Shown here piece after piece: positions 12,401 through 24,400 of a DNA stretch of 64,000 bases. A model generated the notes under the pieces. The model was given only the letters and a program-made list of their open reading frames with translations, did not search any database and was not told the origin of the DNA. The position numbers were made by a program, and so were the translations under genes. The DNA is from Owenia fusiformis (taxonomy: Eukaryota). The stretch is from positions 46,686,001 to 46,750,000 of the forward strand of contig CAIIXF020000001.1 of assembly GCA_903813345.2 (NCBI GenBank), given 5' to 3'. Every line of letters starts with the position of its first letter. Position 1 is the first letter of the stretch.

Positions 12401-15400
12401 AGAATCATTGTGTTAAATCATCAGTAGTTCGGGGCAGCCCCCAGGTCGGCCCATGTACCTCCCTTGAGAGCCTACCCTAACTTCTTACCAAAGAAACAAG
12501 AAGTGACACAGTCAAGTCAACCAATGATTAATAAGCTGAGAGAATATGTTTCTTCAGTTTTGATTTAAGAAAAGAACTTGAATTTGACTTTTTTATTTCT
12601 TCTGGGAGACTGTTCCATATGGATGAACCACTAAAGGCTATTGTTTTTTTACCATAGTTTTCAGTTTTTGCTTTAGGAAGGGTAAAGTTTGATTTGCCTC
12701 TAGTGTTATATCTATGAAAATCTCCATGGGTTTTGAAATAATCTGGAAAAATAGTTTTATAATTGTTTATATCATTTTTCCATATAATACTGTTTATTGG
12801 TTGTAAAAAACAAAGAAGGGATTAACATACAAAACACCTGCAATTTGTTACAGACAACCACCGAACACTGTTACATACACTGAACGTCAAACACCATCCA
12901 CAAAAAACTTGGAGACTATAACATTACTTCATCACTTATGGAGGTGATATAAAACTGAAATGTGAAATATGATTGTTAATGGTATACCTGTTAAAGTCCA
13001 CTACAGCTTCCAGCAGCATGTCTCTTGCCCTATTGGTGGGGTGTAGCATGAAGGAACAAAAGACTCTCTCCAGGTCATGTGAATACCTTGCCAAAGCCAT
13101 ACACTTCCAGTGAGCACTGCCCTCCATGGCTGAAAATAAACATGTTTTTTTTCAATTCCAAATTTAATGTTTTGAATGTTTTATTAAATCATTTATTTTA
13201 CTATATATCATAATAATCATTGGCGTTGGAAGGGGGAGGGGGTGTTTGTTGGGGGTGACCGCCCCCCCCCCCCTTTTCCCAGATTTTTTTAGATTTGAAA
13301 CCGAGCCTAGAATTGAAATCTCTAGAGCTAATTAAAGTGAAAGTGTAACAATGACAAAAATGATACTATGTCAGTAGGCCTATCTAGTCTACATCAAGCA
13401 TAGAAGATCTCATTTCTCATATTATATTTAATTCTATACAATGTATAGTTTCTCAGGAACCCATACAGTATGTAAATACTTTGAAGAATATTTGCAAAAT
13501 GTATATTTTAGTCAAAGTTAAAGAATGCAACAGAGAGGGTCGAAATTTGAAAATTTTCTGGGGGCATGCCTAGATTTCCCCCTAGATTGCGCTTCACACA
13601 CGACCCATCAATGACCAAAAATCACCCCCTTCCCATGGCGAATCCTTCTTATGCCCCTGATAATACATAAGATATCCATAAAATATATAGGTTAAACATA
13701 AAATAAAAATATATAGGACAGTTTAGATGAGTTTATATTCATTGACTTTGCAGTTTTCTCTGATTGGTTCAAATCCAACCTGAAAAATGATCGCTCCTAA
13801 TCAGACGGGTAGTGTAATAGATGGTGTAGCCCAGGGTAGAATGTAATATTCTTTACCTGAAAACACTCTATCTGTGATTTTGATGAGAACCTGAGCAGCA
13901 GATATGACCTCATCCTTCTGTGCTAGGTCCAAGGCCTTCTGTATATAACCAAACAGTCTGGAGTCTGACTTGTCACCAAGGTCAAAGCTGTTGTGGTACA
14001 GAACCCTGAAAGTATACCCAAAACATGCAAGTTTCAAGACAAATATGAAATTGTTGTTCAAGTAAAGATTTAGTGATTTTAGATTGGCTGTCCATAACGA
14101 TTTCCATAACACTTTGTGCCTGAATAATCAATCAAATGAATGTAAGTTATACCATCTACTATTTTACACCTTATTGTAATATAAATTCCGAGTAATCTCA
14201 AAGGTAAGTTACAGGACAATTCCATACTGTAGTCCTGTATAATACATTTCTATACACGCCTTTGTATCTCCTAATGTCCAATGGAAATGAGGTGTGAGGG
14301 GCACAAGGACTTAAAGCAAGACATATGCCACGCCATTTGTATAGGTGTCGACTTTTGGCTTGCAACCGAAGATACCCCAAGAAAAGCCGGAGATTGCCGA
14401 AGATTTTCTTTGTTAACAAAGTTGGCTGAGGGTACCACGAATGTGAAGAGGATGTCTCTAATTGGTCAAAAAGAGAGGCTCGGCATTCTCCGTCAGATTG
14501 AATCAGCAAAATTCGGTTGTATGGCTTATCTTCAGTTGTATGGCCCAACCTCGATTGAATGGAAAAGATGCTGTCCCAATTTGTAATTAGTAAAAGTAAT
14601 GTGCAGTATTTGAAGAAAAATTTCTATGAACCAATTGATCATCAATTATTAATACATACGTGTTAGAGAAAGGGTCATGTAGATACTGCTTCACTAGGTC
14701 ATCTAAATCAGAGTCCAGATTTTTCTCAAGTTTCTCAAGGGACAACTGCCATTGGGACTTTGTATCCTGGGCAGCCCCAAATGTTGGGTCAGGGGCACCC
14801 TGCATCTTATTCATGTGGGACGAGATGTCTCTGATCTCATCTTAATTGAAAAACAAGAATTATTAATGTACAGTTTTCCTCCTTTCTGATTAATCCAGGC
14901 ATTCTTGGATATGTATTTTGGAAGCAATGCTATCTGAATATTTAATGACATCACAAGATGAACAAAAAATAATAAGTTTCTTAGCTCAGGAAAAGTGGGG
15001 CAGAATTTACTAGAAAGATATAGTGTAAAAACATGCAAAGATTACTATTCATGAACAAGTTCATTATTCTTCATGTGTAAGTTTTAATCATAAAAAATGA
15101 AACAATTACATTATGAACAAATTGAAGAGAAAAATTAAAATTTTAAGAAATATTGAATTTAACTGAAAAAACAACAATTACCTAAATGTTTGAATACTTT
15201 GCTGAGTACACCTGCAGGGTCTTCCTGTACAGCATACTGTACTAGCTTCTGTAGTTGCTCCCTACTCAGTACAGATAGGCTCTCTGTCATTGGGGCATGT
15301 ACAGGAACCTAGATGTATCAAATATATCAAATGAAATCAACACTTCTAATAACAAATAGATGGTTATGACTAATCTAAAAACAAGTGGGTGATTGCAATA

Positions 15401-18400
15401 TGATTACAACAACAGGCCCGTAGCCAGGATTTGCCAAGGGGGGTTCACTTTTTGAAAAATTCCAGGGGGGTTCACTTGTGACAATTTCGGTCTAAAACTG
15501 GCCAAAATCACTTGTGCTTAGAATGGTGAAGAACTGCATGATTTTAAAAGATTTTTTGGCAGTTAGCTCGAACCCCCCCTGGCTACGGGCCTGAACAGTG
15601 AACAACCATGTGAGCTAATGAATACGAAATCCAATCCATATTATTTATATGCACAATCCAACTCATATTTTAATGCATACCACTTTTTGTGTACCTCTTT
15701 AATGAAACAAAGCATGTGGTGGAAGTATTGTACCTTAAACTCAAGAGAGGCTTCCTTGTTAACATACAATGCCAAAAATATAATAATATATATATATATA
15801 ATTCTCCATTGATTTCCATTTCAAGAAACATCCCTGAAAACATTCCTTTCTTGTATGGAAATGCTCTGACAAAAAAGTGATTTTATATTTCTTTTATCCC
15901 TACCCTATCTGGATTCCTGATCCTATATACTACTGCAGCAATCACATGAGGGCACCATACGGCTAGTGCACATTTGTCCTCTGAGCATGTGCTGGATATG
16001 ATGCGTTGTTGCTCAAATGTTATAGATACACGACAGTTGCTACATGGTATGGCTCTATACCCATATATGGCCTGGTTGTCAATGACGGCAGTCAGCATGA
16101 ATCCTGTAAATACATTGACAATAATAACAATAGTAAAATGTTTCGTAGTACATACATTTCATCTTACAAGTTAATGAAGGATTCAGAGTAATTTTTAACT
16201 CCTCGATCACTTTATTTGAGAAATGCTGATTGCTTCGCTATTAAATAACATGTTTATTATACAATTGTTTACAATAAAAAAACAGCAATTCCCTTTAGTA
16301 ACAAATCTCAATGAAGAGTTATCAGAAATTCGAACATGACTGTATTCACGCCTTCTATAAACTGTGAACAAGGTCAATATTTCACCCAGGGTATATTCGC
16401 GAACAATACCCTGGATATACAAGTAATGTATGATGTCATAACGGTGGCCCGTAGTTATGGTGGACCGTAATGAATATTCGAAACATTTTGGTGAGTTTTC
16501 ATGTTGGAATCGTAATATAACCCTCAGAGCAGAGGTAATATCATTGAATAAACCCCTGGGGGCTAGGCACAAAAGCTTTCAAATAGAAAACGTTTGTGCC
16601 TAAGCCCTGCGGGGTGTATTCGACAATATTACCCCTGCTCTTCGGTCTATATTTCTTAAATATAACACAAATACATGTTATTGAATTTGGTTGATTGGTT
16701 CAAGGGGAGAATTGGCTCCCAGGGATGACAATCGATATTCTGTTCTATATATGGGTATCACATAGTCATGTTACGAAATACAAAATTTAATCAAGAATAA
16801 TGGCCATTCTCCTTGCAGCCACTGAAATATACAGGCGGGATTGGAAACTACCGCATTGATTGGAGATTACAGAATATCGAGTTGGGACCCTGGCTTCCAA
16901 TCTAATCTTCCTTGGATTGGTTGGAACTTTTATAGGCTGACATATATGGTCATAAGACCTTTAAAACAAGAAATTTCAAAGATGGCATATGTCATGTTCT
17001 GTGTGTAGATTTTGCCAGAAGGAAACAAAACATGTATAAACAAAGGATTAACATGCAAAATGTCACCACCATTTGTTACAGATGCCAACCACCGATTGCC
17101 AACTACCATCACAAAAAACAGAGACCATAACAATATGTCACCACTTTTTGGTGGTGACATAAAAATGAGTGATTTGGTAAAATTAATATGTTTTGTTTTG
17201 GTGGGATGTGCTACTCCAGGGAGTAGATTTTTTTTCTAGTTTGTTTTGAACAGTAGGAAAAAGGATAGTTAAATTGAAACCCAAACTGACACTGAAACCG
17301 AAATACACAAGTATTCATTCCGGGAACCAGGAACTGTAATAGGATCTTAGATCACGATTTTTAAGTTTCAGCAGTCTTTTGTGAATAATTTGACAATTAA
17401 AGTGAGGGGACATATGTTTGAATTTGATAAGAAATGATCAAAATATGTGCTATTGAAAATAAAGAAGCCTGTTACTCAAAAACATCACAGCTGTAATGAT
17501 GATTCACAGATTTCATTGGGTTCCAGGAGAATGAAGTCAATGGTTAGAGTTACACCCAGTCACAATTTCTGCTGAATAGCTTGCCATAGGGGGGGGGGGG
17601 GGGCATAGGTACACATACACAAATAAAGTAGCTACCAGAAGCCATACTTGGATCTAAATTAAGGGTTCGTTGTGTTATGCAACATAATGTACATATCATA
17701 ATGCACAGAATCAAATTTAAGATATTAGTCTTTAATATGCTAAATAATATTCAATATAAGTGACAATGTCAAGTGAAATGCACATGTACGTTGAAAATTA
17801 CTTTTATTACTCAATGAGTTCTGAAAGTTTAATATAAATAAACAAGAACACAAATGTGTACAAAATGTCCCCACCAATGGGTGATCCCATGAAATGGTTA
17901 TCCTGAAAATGAGTAGACAAGACTTTACCAACACAATTTTAATTGATCCGTCACACAGTTAACTAGAAAACATGTAAACAAGACTTTACAGACAAGATTT
18001 TAGGATGGAAAATCCAAAATGGCTGCCTTGACATTTGCCCAGAATGTCAAAAAACTAATCTGTTCCTAGATTTTCATACTAAGAATCATCCCTGAAAATA
18101 TGACATTGATGTACCAAATGGTTCACCTGAAAACGCGTAGACAAGACTTTACAGACAAGATTTTAGGACAGAAAATCCAAAATGGCTGCCATGACATTTA
18201 CACAGAATGCCAAAAAACCAATCAGGTGTAGATTTTCACACTAAGAATCATCCCTGAAAATTTGAAATTGATCTACCAAACGATTCACCTAAAAACGCGT
18301 AGACAAGACTTTACAGGCAAGATTTTAAGACGGAAAATCCAAAATGGCTGCCTTGACATTTATCCAGAATGCCAAAAAACTAATCAGATCTAGTTTTCAT

Positions 18401-21400
18401 ACTAAGAATCATCCCTAAAAATTTGAAATTGATCTACAGAACGGTTCACCTGGAAATGCATAGACAAGACTTACAGACAAGATTTTAGGACAGAAAATCC
18501 AAAATGGCTGCCTTGACATTTGCTCAGAATGCCAAAAAACTAATCAGTTCTACATTTTCATACTAAGAATCATCTCTGAAAATTTGAAATTGATCTACCA
18601 AACGGTTCACCTGCAAACGCGTAGACAAGACTTTACAGACAAGATTTTAGGACGGAAAATCCAAAATGGCTGCCTTGACATTTACCCAGAATGCCAAAAA
18701 ACAAATCAGATCTAGATTTTTATACTAAGAATCATCCCTGAAAATTTGAAATTGATCCACCAAACGGTTCACCTGAAAACACGTAGACAAGACTTCACAG
18801 ACAAGATTTTAGGACGGAAAAATCCAAAATGGCCGACAATAAAAAAGTGATTATGTGTTTTTGCTGATTTCTTCTTACAAAATTATCACATATTACTACT
18901 GTTAACAATAACATAGGCTTTTACAACAAAGTAGATCTGAAATTATTTATAAAGCTACTAAAAAGTTAAAGTATGAAAACTCAAAAACACCATTCAATAT
19001 GATACAAAGTATTATCGTGCGCTAACTTTTCTTAAGACATTCAAAATGGCTGACATGACTGAGCTAACAGGTCCAAAACCTAATCAGATCTAGAATGAAG
19101 TGAGCTGAACAAGATGTTAAAGTTTTAAAAGCAACTGTGAAGCCGTTTTTCTTAAAGTTTGCAGACAAGGATTTTAGCATTTGACTTCAAAATGGCCGAC
19201 AGGAAGTAGGTATCGAGTTAAAATTTTTTCATCCACATCTGTATGCACTCATAAGTTATCCCTGAAAATTTGAAGGTGATATCTGTAGCGGTTTTGGAGA
19301 AAACTCCCGGACGTACGGACAGACGGACGGACGGACGTACGGACGGACAGACGGACGCGCCTAGGCCGACAATATGGCCCCACACTATGTGGTGGGGACA
19401 TAACAAAAAGTACACATCATACTTCAGACCGGGAACCCGAAAGTGTGTTTAATAAGTTTTAATCCAATTAGGTTTTTCTTAATAAGTTAATCTAATTAGT
19501 TTTTCTTAATAAGTTAATCTAATTAGTTTATCTAATAATCAGCTAAGGTTGCTTCTTTCCTTCAGCTGTTGAAAAATTTAAATGCCCTGGATAAATATTC
19601 TTAAGATCATTTAATACAAGTTCATCACTTATTTCACTTATTTCTTAGCCAGAAGTTAGGATGAAGTTCAAACAAATATTGATCATTACTGCAGGTATGA
19701 TCACACTGTCATATTGTCAACCCACGACATCCGCAATATCATCCCATGGCAATGGGGCATGCAGCAGAGCACCACCAATAATGCCACGGGTCTGCAATGA
19801 TTTGATGACAAACATGCAAGAAAAGATGCAGCAGAATGACGATTCAATGAAACAAAAAGATGAAGAGATCAAAAGTGCATTCAAACTTTTGGATGCTAAG
19901 GTATTACAAATTTTAAAAGGAAAATATTTTTGAGACTTTTGAGATTCCAACTAGTCTATCAAATGAGATCCATAATTTGTTTGTTGTCTTGCACATGCTT
20001 GCATCCAACTTCTCTCTATATCACATAATGATGTTTATTCTTTGAACAGATCAATATGATGAAGAATAATTATACAAGAATAGTTGGAGAGAAAGGTGAC
20101 ATGGGACCAAGAGGACAGAAGGGAGACAATGGTATACCTGGGGTGAATGGAACTAAAGGTGACATGGGACAGAAAGGAGATCAAGGTACAGCTGGAGTGA
20201 ATGGAACTAAAGGTGACATGGGACAAAAAGGAGACATGGGACAGAAAGGAGACATGGGACAGAAAGGAGACCTTGGAATAACTGGTGTGAAAGGAGATAA
20301 AGGTGACATGGGACAGAAAGGAGATCATGGTACAGCTGGTATGAATGGAACTAAAGGTGACATGGGACAGAAAGGAGATCATGGTACAGCTGGTATGAAT
20401 GGAACTAAAGGTGACATGGGACAGAAAGGAGACAATGGTATACCTGTTGATAGAAATATTGGCTATTTTTTGCCTAGTCTTACAGGTAAGATATAGAGTC
20501 ATACATTTGAAACTAAATTTGAAATTAACATTTTTTCCACAAAAGATAATAAAGCGCCTTTAATGTATTGCTATTAATATACTGCCATTTACATCGCTAT
20601 AAATGTATTGCTTTAATATATTGCTTATTGTATTGTTATGAATGTATTTCTTTAATATATTGCTTATTGTATTGTTATGAATGTATTGCTTTAATATATT
20701 GCTTATTGTACTGTTATGAATGTATTGCTTTAATATATTGCTTATTGTATTGTTATGAATGTATTGCTTTAATATATTGCTTATTGTATTGTTATGAATA
20801 TATTGCTTAACACATATCCTTTAGCAAATCAAACGTTCATTTGTGACGCTGCTCACCATTTAGTATAAAAGGCACGACACAGGTTGAAGTCACTGTGTGA
20901 AGACCTCTGCACGTTTATGTAGCCATAATAGTATAGATCGTCACACATTTATAAAAGGGAGAATTTTACTTTGACAAATTAGTTTCACATTTTATGGGTG
21001 AAGTTTCAGGATCTTTTATTTGTGTTTAATAGGAAAAACTGACATCCAGATTTTGCCATCATGTATTAGCACACATCAAGATCTTATTATTTTGGTTGAT
21101 GTACATGCATTCTTTGGATAATTCACTCTCTCAATGTTTACAGAATCATAGTAGAAGGATTATTTTATCTTCAAGGCAATTTCAATAAACTGGAATTTAC
21201 AAAACTCCCTTAATTTCTTAAAAATGGACTGATCTAGTAGATATATTGTTTTTATACAGGAGGCTTATTGTAACCCTTTAGGGGAGGCATCAAAAGATCA
21301 ATGTCTGATAGAAAACTAAATAAATCTAGTTTGGGGGGGAGGGGGTCAAAGCTATTTCAGTTTGCTATCCGACAAATTTCAACATTTGAATTTTTGGGAA

Positions 21401-24400
21401 TTTCGACTCAAAATGCCTTGGAATGGTTTAAAAATAAAGACTTTACCAGATGCCTTCTTCACAAATATGCATGCAACATCGAATGTTATGCCTATTGTTG
21501 TTGGCACATGTTTTAAGAATCATGAACAAGTTATAGTTCCACCCCCATAAAAGTCCAAATTGAGTCGCAAAAACATGTGAAAGTCCGCGATCAACTTTCA
21601 TTGTATTTAGTTTTGAGGGGGAGGGGGGGGGGGGGGGTCCAACTCAAAACTAGATTTATTTAGTTTCCTATCAGACATTGAACTTTTGATGCCTCCCCTT
21701 AGTGCATTGGTTTTTTGTATTGCTTTAAATGTACTCATACTGCTAATACCATTTCTAAATACTGAAGTTATCCCTCTGATTTCTAGGCTGTGGAGGTACC
21801 TTTATGGCACCATTAGGTAATGTGACAAGTCCACTATACCCTAGGTCTTACGCTGATGGCAGACACTGTGAATGGACCATCACTGTTCCATTGGGAAACA
21901 TTGTAAGGGTAAAGTTTCATGATTTTGAACTGGAGAATTGTGGTGACTGTGGATGTGACTATCTGGCTATTTATAATGGAGCGAGCACTGATGCAACACG
22001 TCTACTTGGGAAGTACTGTGGGACAGTGAGTTTTTTATTTACCATATTAACCCGTTTAGGAAAAAATTCTTTCACTATTCTGAGCACTTTCAAGTGATTT
22101 GGGGCCAAAGTCAAATGTAAGCCCGCTGGAATTTTTTCAAAAATGAGCCCACCTTGACAAAAGCTGGCTATGGGTCTGTCAGGTAAAAATAATCAGCTCA
22201 TAAAACATGTAAAACACATGTTTCCACCAATTAAAAATTCTCAGAATCCATCATCATATTTGTAGGCAATGCCACCCGATTTTCGATCTACAGGAAGCCA
22301 GATACGTCTTGTTTTCCGCACTGATGGTTCTGTCACAAGAAAAGGATTCAGACTGAGTTTCTCAAGTTAACACCTAATAATGTTAACATATGATCCTCAA
22401 GGACTAATGGCATTTCATTGGTGAACACAATGCCAGTTACTAGACATATTTGTGTTGATCTAGAGAATGTGATTTGTTTGATTTATTAAGAGACATAAGT
22501 TGTGCCTTAAATAAATAACCCTGAACAAAATGACTTCATGCTTTTAAAACCCAGCATTGCAGATAGATTGCTCTTATATCTAAAGATTTTTGGCATTTTA
22601 ACACTCACTACAAAATGTCAAAATCCAAGTGGCGCTGAACTGAACACGGCACAATTTTGAACTTTGGGAAAACTTTTTTGGTTTATAATTGACTTTTAAA
22701 TCAAACAACTGCAATATTACAAAGGAAAAACAACTAAATCCTGTCATTTTATTTTTTAATTTCATCAAAGGAGGATTGGCTCCCAGAGTACAACATCGAT
22801 ATTCTGTCCCATATATGGACATGTCGTGATACAAAATTTGAATTCAAACAGCCGCCATTTTGTTCGCTTCAACATTTGAATCGTGAATTTTGGTCTTATT
22901 TCCTCACGAAAAATTCCAAAACTCACAAGAAATGATCTAGATATTGGTTCAAATCTTTTGAACTGTTTATTTTGAATTTATAGTCGGTTATAATTTCAGA
23001 AAATAATCACATTTCAATGTTTTCATTGTTCGAAAATATTTAGTTTTGATCCTGGGAGCCAATCCTCCTTTATTTCATCAAAATATTATTTAATTTATAC
23101 AGCCTTGAAAGTGAGAGCCATCTATTTGTTATTTCTGATGCTAATATGTTGACTAGTTAAGAAAGATCACAGCCCAAGTGATATGATTTGAAAATATTTA
23201 TAAAAAAACATAATTCCTTCAGAAAGATAACCCCTAGCTATTATTTACATGAAATCAGTAACAGTTCAAACACCAAGAACACAGTGATATGTGGAAATAT
23301 GATTTTATATGAAGAACTAATTTTTGCTAACAGTTTTAAATGTGCAAGGAAAACCTTAAAATGTATAGTTTGAAAATATGTTTTTATCATTCATTTACTA
23401 TTTGTTATGACTTAAAAAGTTATTTTAAAGAAAAAAAAAATTTGAAAAAAAGTTGTCAGCTTTTCATTTCTCAAATATTCAAATTTCCCGCCATTCTTTA
23501 ATAAAAGTTGAAATCTTTTAATCACTAAATATTCCACTATACAGTGTACAACTGGAAAACATGATCTTTTTAACACCAATTCAAAGTTTGAACAAAGGAT
23601 AACACTATTTCAATAATAAAATGTCATATCTAATGTGCCACTTCTATGTTTTAGCACAAACAAACCTCTAATGAAACACAATTCAGTACAAAACACTTAC
23701 CAACTTGTCAGAACTTTTATACAAAATACAAAACACTTCTTAACTTGCCAGACCTTTTATACAAAATACAAAATACTTACCAACTTGCCAGACCTCTTTA
23801 ATAGCACTATCATAGAGAAGGTCCAGTCCCTGGTCCCAGTCATTGTACTTATTAGTCAGGTTTGCAAACACTTGTACTTTCTTCTCATCATCAGGGAATG
23901 CCCAGAATGCAACCTAAAACAAGCAACAAGAATGAAGTCAATTTGATCATAAGAGTCGCAGAGTGTATCATACAGCACTAAGGGAGTAACCTAGAATATG
24001 CAATGATAAAATACAAAGTCACGTAGTATATCACAACTGCACAAAGGGAGGGATTGCTTGGGTGAAATAAAAATGTGAGACATTTAACCATATGCTGGCC
24101 CTAAGCTGCCATGCAATGCTTTACCCAGAATAGCATAGATGTTTACTACTTTTTTGTGGGGAATAGCTCCCTGTTCATAATTACGGAAATTTTGTAAGGT
24201 TATAGCATATTGTACGACTGATTGTGAAGTAAATGTCTACTTAAATAAAGACACATTGGAAAAATCACAACCCTACCTTTTTCAGGAGTGCCTCATCTAG
24301 AGGAGGCTGATAGGCTTCTAATGTTTCGCATGGAAAGTTCTGCCCTGCAACTCTTGCAGCAATGTCTAGTAGTGAACGTGGATTCTTAGTAAGTCTTGCT

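Noticed and set aside
14198..14586. Overlapping 116 aa and 101 aa ORFs in a ZSWIM intron
   Set aside because: No recognisable domain, and the flanking ZSWIM exons join in phase without them; probably a repeat fragment.
20035..20502. 155 aa minus-strand ORF with SFLSHV repeats
   Set aside because: Antisense of the collagen exon.
20568..20810. Cys/Tyr-rich repetitive ORF (CIALIYCLLYCYE)n
   Set aside because: Translation of a 39 bp intronic minisatellite; no gene structure.
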